From Spirochaetia bacterium (lineage in GTDB: Bacteria; Spirochaetota; Spirochaetia; DSM-27196; Salinispiraceae), in contig JBBRCZ010000002.1 of NCBI GenBank assembly GCA_038204425.1, positions 160,001-224,000 of the forward strand: DNA of 64,000 nucleotides, written 5' to 3'. Below, piece by piece: positions 51,496-61,092 of the stretch (the first letter of the stretch is position 1; every line of letters begins with the position of its first letter). Below the pieces are notes generated by a model. It was not told where the DNA came from and searched no databases. It saw only the letters and a program-made list of their open reading frames with translations. The position numbers and the translations under genes are program-made.

Positions 51496-52440
51496 GCTGC
51501 AGCTGGAGCTGCGACTTTGGCAAATCTATCACTAAAAATAGCAGGTTGGGGTTCTGTCATTATTATGGTTTTTACTTTACAGTTGAGGATTGTTGCTCCT
51601 GCGACTGCAAGTTAAGCTTCCAGATTTGAATGCACTAACACTAGATAAAGCTAAGAAAAGGATCAATCAAGTTCTTACTAACCCAGAAACTCAAACAGGA
51701 ACCGGTGTTGGCATTAAGACAGGAAAACCCGAGACATTATTGATAGAATTATTGATAACTGTACTATTTCCCAAGAAGTTATAGAAAAAATTAACTTCAT
51801 TGATAACATATTTAAGGAAAAAACTGTTTTAGTTGAAGAATGTCTATGGGGCATTAGAATCGAAACTAATCTCCTATACAATAATGTTGAAAATTGGTAT
51901 TTTTTTTGAATTCCCGAGGAACGCAAAGTAGATTGGTTGACATAAATTACTTAAAGATGGCAATCCAGAAAACTAAACATATAAATTTTTGCACTAATTT
52001 AGATCTTATAGTTCCACCAATTCCGGTCTAAGAACTCTTTAAATCTCAACTGAGTCTGTCCCCAAGTAAAGAAATAGCAAAACGTGGCGTGAAAGCTGCA
52101 GGATCAGAATTACCGGAGATTTCAGGTGCTCACGCCCAGAAATGGGGAGAACTTATTGATAGTTTGAAACCATTTTGGGCGAAGTGGAGCGACTATGAAT
52201 GAGACAAATCATAGGCTTACGAAACTCTTTGTGGGGAACAAGATCTTTATTTCCATTTACTTTTTTTTTAGGATTGTTCTCTTCTGCATTGTTCTCTATG
52301 TATTCGATATATCTTTTGAACACAATACCTTCTTTGTGAAAGTTATTTGAGTTCATTAGAGTAGTGATGCCTGAAAGTGGGCCGCCAATCCATCCCCTGC
52401 CGGTTGGCCTCCTTCTGGCGAAACCAATCTTGACAGGTAC

Positions 52441-52514
52441 TGCCCCGAGCGCGATTCGAACGCGCGACCTACAGCTTAGGAGGCTGTCGCTCTATCCAAC
52501 TGAGCTACCGGAGC
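52441..52514 (-). tRNA. tRNA-Arg (anticodon CCT), CCA not encoded
   Basis: GCTCCGG-TAGCTCAGTTGGATAGAGC-G-ACAGC-CTCCTAA-GCTGT-AGGTC-GCGCGTTCGAATCGCGC-TCGGGGCA cloverleaf. Confidence 0.96.
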
Positions 52515-52653
52515 ATGCTTGGAATGGATCTATTGTTCCAGCGCGCTAAGTAATAACACAGTTTTGCTTTAGTGAAAAGCATGCAGTGACGGCACTACAT
52601 AAATTGTCTAGGTCGCGCTTTTGACTAAAGCCAGGCTGGCATTGTCCGACACT

Positions 52654-52683
52654 AAAAGAAAAGCCCCCACGATTGTGAGGGCC
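52654..52683 (-). terminator. Intrinsic terminator downstream of htrA
   Basis: Minus strand GCCCTCAC-AATC-GTGGGGGC followed by TTTTCTTTT. Confidence 0.7.
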
Positions 52684-52772
52684 AGGCTTCAGGGGATCCG
52701 GTGGAAGGTAAGTTTTCCGGGTCCCCCATTTTATTTTCCGATATCAAACCAAAATATGCAAGTACTCTCTAA

Positions 52773-54365
52773 CTATCGTGACCAACTCAAACTGATTTCT
52801 CGGCCATTGCGTTTGACGGTCAGGTTAATTTGACGAGTTGCGCTACTATTGAGGGCGGTGTAAAACTCCGCGGCGTTTTTAAGGTCTTTGCCGTTGATTT
52901 TTACCAGCTCGTCACCTGCTCGTAGTCCGGCGTCAGCGGCTGAGGTACCTTCTTGTACGCTCACTACAACCAGCGATCCTATCGCTAACTCTGTCCGCAC
53001 TTGGCGCTTCATGTCGTTAGTTAAGGGCATTACGCTAAATCCTGGCCAATAAGAATCACTCTTTACGTCTTCTACGCGTAGGCCAAGGGTTACGTTTAGG
53101 GTTTGTTCTTTGCCTTGTCTTATCAACTTGAGTGCAATTACCGTCTTAGCATCAAAGCCGGCGATAGTCCTAACTAGGTCATCACCTGACTTTATGGCAG
53201 CATTGTTGACATGGGTAATCAAGTCTCCTGGTCGTAGTCCAGCTTGTTCGGCAGGACTATCTTTAATGGTATTGTAGACAAAGGCTCCCTCGCGTCCCTT
53301 GAGGCCCAGCACCTCTCTATTTTCTTCTATTATGTTATTGGGTGTTACGCCAAGCCAGCCATATTCTACTTTGCCCTTGTTGATAAAGTCAGTTGCAACT
53401 TTTCGAGCGTTGTTAATGGGTACCGCAAAACCGAGTCCAACGTTTTCGCCAGTCCGGGTTGCTATCCAGGTGTTAATGCCAACTACTTCTCCTGCAATAT
53501 TGACTAAGGCACCGCCTGAGTTACCGGGGTTTATAGCAGCGTCGGTTTGCAGGTAGTCGGTAAAGGCGCCAATGGCAGCTCGGCTGTCGGGCAGGTCGCT
53601 GGAAGTTCTGCCAACAGCGCTCACAATTCCCTGTGTTACGGTATTCTGGATTCCATAGGGGCTGCCGATGGCAAAGACTATGTCACCAGGACGCATGGCA
53701 GATGAGTCTCCGAGGCGTGCTAAGGCCAGTTTTTCTGAACTTGCAAAAGACAGGATAGCCAAGTCTCGGTTAGCATCTTTTCCTACGATATTGGCTTCGT
53801 ATTCTTTGCCGTTACTCGTTTTGATCAAATACTTGTCTGCACCGTCCACCACGTGATTGTTGGTGAGTACATAGTAGGTTTCACCTTTTTGCTCAACCAA
53901 TATCCCGCTTCCAAATCCACCTTGATAGCGCGGCTCAGCCTCGCTTTCTTCTTGCTCTTGATTGCGTCGGTTGTTTCCAAATGGGCCCGGTTGACCATTA
54001 AAAAAAAACTCAAACGGGTTGGCTCGTGGGTTGACCTTTCGTTTGACATCAACCCTAACTACTACGGGCAAAACGTTATCGGCGATTGCTCGTGAAGCAG
54101 TTTGAAAAGCCTGCAAAACGCTTAGACTGGCTTCAAGATTGGGCTGTGGAGTGTTACTGCCCGTAGAAAGCTGATTGTAAGCTTCTGCATTGCCACTGGC
54201 TAGGCGGTTAGGCAGCAGGCTTTGGTTGGTGTAGTAGCCTTTGTCACCATCTAAAATGTTTGCCAGTCCAAAACCAGCAAAGAAAAGTAGCCCTATGGCT
54301 AAGCCGCCAACTAGGACAAGGCGGCCTTTATTGGTAAAAAATTGAGTGATTCGCTGCAATGACAT
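52773..54365 (-). CDS. htrA: HtrA/DegP (Do-family) serine protease with two PDZ domains
   Basis: TNNHVV, DLA, QTDAAINPGNSGG, two PDZ domains, N-terminal TM. Confidence 0.94.
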   Translation of the reverse strand: MSLQRITQFFTNKGRLVLVGGLAIGLLFFAGFGLANILDGDKGYYTNQSLLPNRLASGNAEAYNQLSTGSNTPQPNLEASLSVLQAFQTASRAIADNVLPVVVRVDVKRKVNPRANPFEFFFNGQPGPFGNNRRNQEQEESEAEPRYQGGFGSGILVEQKGETYYVLTNNHVVDGADKYLIKTSNGKEYEANIVGKDANRDLAILSFASSEKLALARLGDSSAMRPGDIVFAIGSPYGIQNTVTQGIVSAVGRTSSDLPDSRAAIGAFTDYLQTDAAINPGNSGGALVNIAGEVVGINTWIATRTGENVGLGFAVPINNARKVATDFINKGKVEYGWLGVTPNNIIEENREVLGLKGREGAFVYNTIKDSPAEQAGLRPGDLITHVNNAAIKSGDDLVRTIAGFDAKTVIALKLIRQGKEQTLNVTLGLRVEDVKSDSYWPGFSVMPLTNDMKRQVRTELAIGSLVVVSVQEGTSAADAGLRAGDELVKINGKDLKNAAEFYTALNSSATRQINLTVKRNGREISLSWSR

Positions 54366-54492
54366 TCTTTTGATCCTCCAACATGAATACAACAAAAATG
54401 TACTATGATTACAAGCAGGTACAAAAGAATTGTGAGTTTTTGGCATTGCGGCCAAACTCGCCTCAGTGCTGACGGAGAACTTAAGTAATAAA

Positions 54493-57036
54493 ATGAAAAA
54501 ACAGCAGGCGCGTGACAAACTGTACAGGATAGCCTTAGTTTGTTCTAATCCTAGTGATGAGTTTCAGGCAACCTATGTCAATTACTTGCGTGCAGCTGCT
54601 CGCGACAATGGTATGCGCCTGATTGTAGTCGACGGCAGCGCGCTCTCAATTGACGTCCAAAATGGCCGCGGAAGCAACTTTGTGATCCACATGCTTTCTT
54701 CGCAATATATCGATGGTCTCATAATTTTAGGCGGAGCCTTTGGTTTTTTTGATCGACGGGGCGAGCTAGAATCCCTCTTTGCACGTTTTCCCTCTTTGCC
54801 CTTGGTTTCAATTGGTCGCGTTGTTGATGGGTATTTTTCTATTTTGACCGAAAACTATTCTGGCATGTTTGACATGGTTAGGCACATGATTAAGGTTCAT
54901 GGATGTCGTAGGCTGGTCTTTTTGGGAGGTCCAGAGCGTCACACGGAAGCTGATGAACGCTTGCAGGGTTTTAAAGATGCCTTGATACATGAGGGTTTAA
55001 CTTTTAACCCGCTATGGCATGTAGAGGCAGGTTTTGACAGGCAAGGTGGAGAGACGGCGATGGAAACCATGCTCTCGGTGCGCAAAATGCAGCCAGACTG
55101 TGTGGTGGCTGCCAATGATTCGGCCCTTTTGGGTGCTTTGCAGGTTTTGGATAGACATGGCTTGCGCGTGCCTGATGATGTCAAGGTTGCCGGTTTTGAC
55201 AACACGCTCAATGGTCGACTCAACTTGCCGGCTTTAACTACGGTTGGTCAGCCCTACCGTGAAATTTCTCATCGCGCTTTTGCGTATTTGGGTGATCGTT
55301 TGGACGGCATCAAACCTATCGAATCGGCAGTCTTGGTTTGTTCCAGAATGATTTTTAGGTCATCGTGCGGTTGCCATCCTTCCCGATGGACTGACACGGT
55401 TGGGGTAGAAAAATCCACACAAAGCAAGAATCTATCAATAGCGATCAAGGATCATGAGGCCGACATGGGCATGGTGGTCAGTTCGGTTGCGGAGGCAATT
55501 TTGGCCAATGTAGAAGGTGGCCGCTACCTGTTTGCCAAGACGCCATTTATGTTGAGTCTCTATAATTTTGTAAGCGTGGTTCTCAAAAATGCGCCTGATT
55601 GTAACGTGCACGCTTGCTTGCGAGAAGCAAATGGACTCTCGACTTGGTGCCACAATGCCAATTTAGAAGTCTCCAATTGGCACCTAGTATTGCAAATTAT
55701 TGTTTCTTATTTTAAGAGTAAAACTGGTCTTGACCAAGAAGAACATAGGGTTTTTTGGATCGGGTTGGAGGCCTTGCTACGCGAACTTGACTCAAGGATT
55801 TTGATGCAAGAGCGTTTTAGGGATCACTACATTTCCAATGAGGCCTTACAACTTTCTACCAGGTTGGTGGCCGTTGGTGACAATCAAGATCACCTGCGTA
55901 GAATAGTTGGCGCTTGGCTTGTCCGTTTGGGTATAGCCAAAGCGTATTTGATTCTGCTCGACAACAATATGGTTTCAGCAGTCAGTGGCACGGATGGGCC
56001 AAGCCCTCATCGTGGAAGAGTTTTTGTGGCCACAAATACTGCTGATAGCACCTTGCTTGAGAATTCTTTTGAGGTACGGGAGCTTTTACCGCGCGGGGTC
56101 GATGCCTTAGGCGCCGAAGATCTTGTGCTGTTTCCCTGTCATGTGGAAGGTGAAGTCTTTGCCTACTTGTTGACCAATTCTTTGGATATTCCCATGTCGT
56201 TATACACCTTTACGACGGTGAGCATTTCTTCGGCACTCAATGTCCATGATATGTTGCGCATTGTCAGACATCATAGTGCCGAAGTAGAGGCTGTTGTAGA
56301 CCAACGAACGCTCGAACTACGTATGGCCAACGATAGCTTGCGCGAAATTAGCTATAGTGACCAATTAACTGGCCTCAAAAACCGTCGTTACTTGATGGAC
56401 GTAATTGCGCCTGAGGCAAGAAACCTGCAACGGGCAGGCTATATGCGCAGCGAAGGCAAGCCAGACTTTTTGGGAGCAGAAAACGAAAGTCTGGAGCGCC
56501 TTGGCCTAATTATGGTGGATCTTGACCACTTTAAGCTGGTCAATGACCAGTTTGGGCACATGGCGGGGGATCTGGTTCTCAAACAAGTTGCAGAAATTTT
56601 TAAAAATAATGTGCGTAAGCAAGACGCTTTGCTGCGTTGGGGTGGAGAAGAGTTTTTAATCGTCTTACGAGGCTTTTCTAACAAGTCATTGGCCTTAGGC
56701 GAACTGGCCGAAAAAGTGCGCTTGGCGGTCAAACGCCATAGCTTTAAGATTGGACCCAGAAATTCTATTAGCTGCACTTGCTCGTTGGGGTGTTTTATGT
56801 ATCCACCCGAACTAGACGAGGGTATCCCGATAGACTTTAACCATGCTTTGTCTTTGGCCGACAACGCGCTCTACGCTGCCAAACGTGGCGGGCGAGATCA
56901 AACTATCTTGGCCAGCTTGTCGCGCCCTTCTCAATGGCAGTTGCAGGGCGCGTCGCGTATAATTTCTGGCTTTTTGGCTTCTGTCGAACAGGGCCTAATC
57001 AGCCTTGAGCGACAAGGACCAAGTTTGGATCGTTAG
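54493..57036 (+). CDS. Diguanylate cyclase with N-terminal LacI-type ligand-binding domain
   Basis: ERLQGF, AANDSALLG, VPDDVKVAGFD, PALTTV (LacI core), DQLTGLKNRR, RKQD I-site, RWGGEEF. Confidence 0.9.
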   Translation: MKKQQARDKLYRIALVCSNPSDEFQATYVNYLRAAARDNGMRLIVVDGSALSIDVQNGRGSNFVIHMLSSQYIDGLIILGGAFGFFDRRGELESLFARFPSLPLVSIGRVVDGYFSILTENYSGMFDMVRHMIKVHGCRRLVFLGGPERHTEADERLQGFKDALIHEGLTFNPLWHVEAGFDRQGGETAMETMLSVRKMQPDCVVAANDSALLGALQVLDRHGLRVPDDVKVAGFDNTLNGRLNLPALTTVGQPYREISHRAFAYLGDRLDGIKPIESAVLVCSRMIFRSSCGCHPSRWTDTVGVEKSTQSKNLSIAIKDHEADMGMVVSSVAEAILANVEGGRYLFAKTPFMLSLYNFVSVVLKNAPDCNVHACLREANGLSTWCHNANLEVSNWHLVLQIIVSYFKSKTGLDQEEHRVFWIGLEALLRELDSRILMQERFRDHYISNEALQLSTRLVAVGDNQDHLRRIVGAWLVRLGIAKAYLILLDNNMVSAVSGTDGPSPHRGRVFVATNTADSTLLENSFEVRELLPRGVDALGAEDLVLFPCHVEGEVFAYLLTNSLDIPMSLYTFTTVSISSALNVHDMLRIVRHHSAEVEAVVDQRTLELRMANDSLREISYSDQLTGLKNRRYLMDVIAPEARNLQRAGYMRSEGKPDFLGAENESLERLGLIMVDLDHFKLVNDQFGHMAGDLVLKQVAEIFKNNVRKQDALLRWGGEEFLIVLRGFSNKSLALGELAEKVRLAVKRHSFKIGPRNSISCTCSLGCFMYPPELDEGIPIDFNHALSLADNALYAAKRGGRDQTILASLSRPSQWQLQGASRIISGFLASVEQGLISLERQGPSLDR

Positions 57037-57988
57037 TCTGGGCGCTTTCAATAAGCGAGTCACTTTGGCTAGCGCTTGAGACCGGCACTTGGGCGCCTTT
57101 GGGATAGATGCGGTATTTTTTTACGAATCCGCATGGCAGGTAGGTCATTTTTGACTGCCTCAGACCGGGGTTGCCAAGATCTTGCTCGCGATTAATGTAC
57201 TGGTAGTGCTTGGGCAAAATTGCAGCAAATGCCATGTTAATAAACTGATAAACACCCTTAAACGATGATATGCCTTTTTCAAAATGAACAACAAATGTTT
57301 TGCCTTTTTGTAGACCCTCACCCAACGTATAGGCAGCTGGTACGCCGTCTGCATGTACCATGTAGCCGCATAGACCTAGCTCTTTGCACAGGTCCAAGCC
57401 TTCTTTGCTGGCAAAGTAGTCATCGTCCTGGCCGCGTTCTACGCGCCACGTCTCGAGTACAGAATAGGCTTCTTTGAGACTTTCGCCGCAAAACTTTTTC
57501 TCTTGGTATTGATAGTTATTGATAAAAGCGTTTACGTGGTTGCGTTTTTTGTGATATTTGCGTCCGCTAAGTTCTGCCAAGTCTTCTCTTAAGTAAAGGT
57601 AGTCAAAGTTGTCACGGTCTTCCCACACAAAACAACCGGCCAGCTCTGACCACACTCTCACGGAATCGGCAAATCGCCCGGCTAAGCCCTTTACGTAGTC
57701 AACCTCAGCAAGCATCTGGGTTCTTAGCACAAGGTCATCCGGTAAGCCGCAAGGGAAGGCATAAAAAGTCTGTCCTTCTTTGATTCCCTTAATGATCAAA
57801 CGACGCTTGGTCTCTTGCTTAGTGTTTGGAACCCAAGCCATTTGGTACTGGTAGGTGTTTCTAAAAAGGTAGAGACCCGCAAAGGTGTACTCTGAAATAC
57901 CATCATCTAAGAGGCTTAGTCCTGGGTGAAGTTCAGAGCGCATATCCAAAGAAATAGGTAAAAAGGTAGGGTAGTCGCATATTGCCAT
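56999..57988 (-). CDS. DUF2156 / aminoacyl-PG-synthase-like GNAT-domain protein
   Basis: DYLY...LSGRKYHKKRNH, VHFEKG, INREQDLGNPGLRQSK. Confidence 0.85.
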   Translation of the reverse strand: MAICDYPTFLPISLDMRSELHPGLSLLDDGISEYTFAGLYLFRNTYQYQMAWVPNTKQETKRRLIIKGIKEGQTFYAFPCGLPDDLVLRTQMLAEVDYVKGLAGRFADSVRVWSELAGCFVWEDRDNFDYLYLREDLAELSGRKYHKKRNHVNAFINNYQYQEKKFCGESLKEAYSVLETWRVERGQDDDYFASKEGLDLCKELGLCGYMVHADGVPAAYTLGEGLQKGKTFVVHFEKGISSFKGVYQFINMAFAAILPKHYQYINREQDLGNPGLRQSKMTYLPCGFVKKYRIYPKGAQVPVSSASQSDSLIESAQTNDPNLVLVAQG

Positions 57989-58065
57989 TATTTGAATATA
58001 GTCACGATTATATAAAGAAGTAAAGTACCTTGCATGCGCTCTAGTCTGACTGGTATCATAGTGGT

Positions 58066-59229
58066 ATGAATCTTAACAAACATCGCGTCGGTGCCTACCT
58101 TAAGGGCTCCGGAAAAACAAGCTCAGACAAAAAAAACACCGAAGACAATAAGCAAGATGCGCTTATCAAAAAGGTCAGCCAGCCTGAGTCTAATAAAAGC
58201 AAACCAAGCTCTAGTAAGCTTGATGCGCCGCGCGGTGATGACAAACCTAATCGAAGTGATATTGCCAAATACCTGATGGTCATTGGTCGTGAAGACGCAT
58301 CTAAAATCCTCAAACATTTGGATCCTAGTGAAGTCGAAGCCATAGTGAGAGAGATTGCCTCCATCAAGTATTTGAGCGCCGAAGAAAGCCAGGCGGTTTT
58401 GGAACGATTTAAAGGCCTCGTTAAGGTTGGCGCTCCATCTGCTGGTGGTGTGGACACGGCCCGCTCCATTTTGGTTCAGGCCTTTGGCGAAGAGCGTGGC
58501 GGCCAATTGATGCGTCAGGCCATGCCAAAAAACCACGATCCGTTTTTCCGATTTATACAAGACTATGAACCGCAACAGATTGCCCAAGTTCTACGTCATG
58601 AGTCGATGGGTGTTAAGGCTATCGTCTTGGCCTATGTTCCCGCGGCGTTTGCCGCAAACATTCTCAAACTCTTACCCAAGGAAGATCAACGAGACATTGT
58701 GGTTCGCATCTCGCGCATTCAAAAAGTAGAAAAAGACGTCTTGATTAGGATTGAAGAAGGACTTAAGCAACGAATTATAAGCACTGGTAAAGTTTCCGAC
58801 GAAGAGATCGATGGCAAGTCCAGTCTGGCTGCAATTATGCGCCACCTCGATCCCGATATGGAGCAACGTTTAGTTGGAATATTGGAAACCGAAGCGCCAG
58901 AAATTGCCGAAGACATAAAAGAACGACTGTTTACCGTTGATTCGATTCTTTTGATAGACGATAGGGACTTCCAAAAGCTACTTACGGGTCTAGAAAACAA
59001 ACATTTGGCCACTATTCTTAAGGGCAAGTCTGACGAGATTCGCAAAAAAATTGTCAGCAATGTCAGCGAGAATCGCGCCCAACTTATAGCCGAAGAGTAT
59101 CAAAATTTGGGTGCCGTGCGCAAAAAAGATGTCGATGAGGCCACCAGAGATTTTATTAGTTGGCTACGTCGGTTAGAGCAAGAAGGAAGTTTGACCTTAC
59201 ACAGAGACGACGAAGAATACGTTAACTAA
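58066..59229 (+). CDS. fliG: Flagellar motor switch protein FliG paralog
   Basis: GGVDTARSILVQAFG, middle domain, C-terminal EIAEDIKERLF...NVSENRA. Confidence 0.85.
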   Translation: MNLNKHRVGAYLKGSGKTSSDKKNTEDNKQDALIKKVSQPESNKSKPSSSKLDAPRGDDKPNRSDIAKYLMVIGREDASKILKHLDPSEVEAIVREIASIKYLSAEESQAVLERFKGLVKVGAPSAGGVDTARSILVQAFGEERGGQLMRQAMPKNHDPFFRFIQDYEPQQIAQVLRHESMGVKAIVLAYVPAAFAANILKLLPKEDQRDIVVRISRIQKVEKDVLIRIEEGLKQRIISTGKVSDEEIDGKSSLAAIMRHLDPDMEQRLVGILETEAPEIAEDIKERLFTVDSILLIDDRDFQKLLTGLENKHLATILKGKSDEIRKKIVSNVSENRAQLIAEEYQNLGAVRKKDVDEATRDFISWLRRLEQEGSLTLHRDDEEYVN

Positions 59230-59297
59230 AAACCCGTTGCCGATAGGCCAAAATAAAGATAGTATCAAGCCACCAAAAACGCTGTGGAGATACTGCT

Positions 59298-61091
59298 ATG
59301 ACCGCACAAGAGCTACGAAAAAAATATATTGAGTTTTTTAAGACCAAAGGCCATGCCGAAATTTCGGGCAAGAGTCTGATTCCAGAAAATGATCCTACGG
59401 TTCTTTTTAACACAGCAGGCATGCAGCCTTTGGTTCCCTATCTCTTAGGTGCCGTACATCCATTGGGGATTCGGCTATGTGACGTCCAAAAATGTGTCAG
59501 AACCGGCGATATAGAGAGCGTTGGTGACCCTAGTCACCTTACTTTTTTTGAAATGCTAGGCAACTGGTCACTGGGTGACTACTTTAAGAAAGAGGCCATT
59601 GGCTGGAGCTATGAGTTTTTAACAAGTCCACAGTGGTTGGGCATTGCTTCAGACAAACTGTGGGTAACAGTCTTTGCTGGTGAAGAAGGCATTCCACGTG
59701 ACGATGAGTCAGCATCAATCTGGAAGTCTTTGGGTATCGCTGTTAGTCGCATTTCTTACTTGCCGCGCAAGGACAACTGGTGGGGACCGGCTGGTCCAAC
59801 CGGGCCTTGTGGCCCTGACACCGAAATGTTCTATGACACCGGAAGAGTGTGTGCCAAAGGCACAGAATGTCTTGGCCCAGCCTGCACTTGTGGTAAGTGG
59901 CTAGAAATCTGGAACGATGTCTTTATGCAATACAACAAACAAGCCGATGGCAGCTACAGTTTGTTGCCCAAGCCCAATGTCGATACCGGTATGGGTCTAG
60001 AGCGCACCTCCACTATTTTGCAAGGCAAAAAATCAGTCTACGAAACCGAACTTTTTATTCCTATCATAAAGGCCGTCGAAAAGGTGACCGCTGTAGTCTA
60101 TGGTTTAAATGATGAGGCGGACACTAACGTGCGTATAATTTGCGACCACGTAAAGACTGCCTGTTTTATTCTTGGAGACGACTTGGGGGTTAAACCGTCC
60201 AACCTAGGGCAGGGTTATGTTTTACGGCGCTTGATCCGACGCGCGGTGCGCTGTGGCCGTAAGCTAGGGCACCATCAACCTTTCTTGCCAGCCGTCGCTG
60301 ATGCAGTGCTAGAAATCTACCGCGATGCCTATCCAGAAGTGGCTGCTCGTCGTGACATGATTGCCGGAGAACTAGGCCGAGAAGAAGAGCGATTTCTCAA
60401 GACGATAGAACTCGGTGAGCACGAGTTTGCAAAAATTCTCCCCAACTTGCTCAAGAACCCCAAAAAAGAAATCCCCGGTCGCTTGGCATTTAAACTCTAC
60501 GACACGTTTGGTTTTCCAATCGAAATTACCGAAGAACTGGCAACTGAAAACGCAATGACCGTCGACCGAGTTGGCTTTGACGAAGCCTTTGCCAAGCACC
60601 AGGAAGTCTCTAAGGCTGGCGCCGACAAGACTTTTAAAGGCGGACTTGCCGACCACGGCGAGCTTACTACACGCCTGCATACCGCTACACACCTGATGCA
60701 CAAGGCGCTTCAGATGGTCTTGGGCCAAGGCGCCAAACAAAAAGGTAGCAATATTACCACTGAGCGCCTGCGTTTTGATTTTTCGCACCCAAGCAAAATG
60801 ACTGATGAAGAGCTCAAGCGAGTAGAAGCCATTGTAAACCAACAGATTAAACGTAAGTTGCCCGTGCTTATGTCCACCATGCCACTTGCCGAGGCCAAGA
60901 CACTAGGTGCCATGGCGCTTTTTGGCGAAAAGTACGAAGAGCTGGTCAAGGTTTACATGATTGGTGACTTTTCTACCGAAGTTTGTGGTGGTCCTCATGT
61001 AAACAATACCGAAGAGCTGGGTAGCTTTAAGATTCTCAAGGAAGAGGCCAGTTCGGCAGGGGTGCGCCGCATCAGAGCTGTTTTAGAATAA
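59298..61091 (+). CDS. alaS: Alanyl-tRNA synthetase (short form)
   Basis: LFNTAGMQP, HLTFFEMLGN, DTGMGLER, HTATH and CGGPH editing motifs, ends SSAGVRRIRA. Confidence 0.96.
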   Translation: MTAQELRKKYIEFFKTKGHAEISGKSLIPENDPTVLFNTAGMQPLVPYLLGAVHPLGIRLCDVQKCVRTGDIESVGDPSHLTFFEMLGNWSLGDYFKKEAIGWSYEFLTSPQWLGIASDKLWVTVFAGEEGIPRDDESASIWKSLGIAVSRISYLPRKDNWWGPAGPTGPCGPDTEMFYDTGRVCAKGTECLGPACTCGKWLEIWNDVFMQYNKQADGSYSLLPKPNVDTGMGLERTSTILQGKKSVYETELFIPIIKAVEKVTAVVYGLNDEADTNVRIICDHVKTACFILGDDLGVKPSNLGQGYVLRRLIRRAVRCGRKLGHHQPFLPAVADAVLEIYRDAYPEVAARRDMIAGELGREEERFLKTIELGEHEFAKILPNLLKNPKKEIPGRLAFKLYDTFGFPIEITEELATENAMTVDRVGFDEAFAKHQEVSKAGADKTFKGGLADHGELTTRLHTATHLMHKALQMVLGQGAKQKGSNITTERLRFDFSHPSKMTDEELKRVEAIVNQQIKRKLPVLMSTMPLAEAKTLGAMALFGEKYEELVKVYMIGDFSTEVCGGPHVNNTEELGSFKILKEEASSAGVRRIRAVLE

Positions 61092-61092
61092 G

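Larger units (their letters stand above)
43897..52443. mobile_element. Degenerate accessory island at the 3' end of tRNA-Arg
   Basis: Visibly AT-richer, low gene density, IS3/IS21/recombinase fragments, several interrupted ORFs, bounded by sulP and the tRNA. Confidence 0.75.

Noticed and set aside
44561..52200. Alternative genetic code or stop readthrough in the island
   Set aside because: The interrupting stops are of all three types (TAA, TGA, TAG) and are accompanied by frameshifts, which fits pseudogene decay.
51590..52360. Short ORF fragments in the AT-rich stretch before the tRNA
   Set aside because: Probably pseudogene debris, but I could not assign any family.
51385..52400. Integron (intI plus attC cassettes)
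   Set aside because: Only a generic box II fragment is present; no IntI-specific insertion or convincing attC sites.
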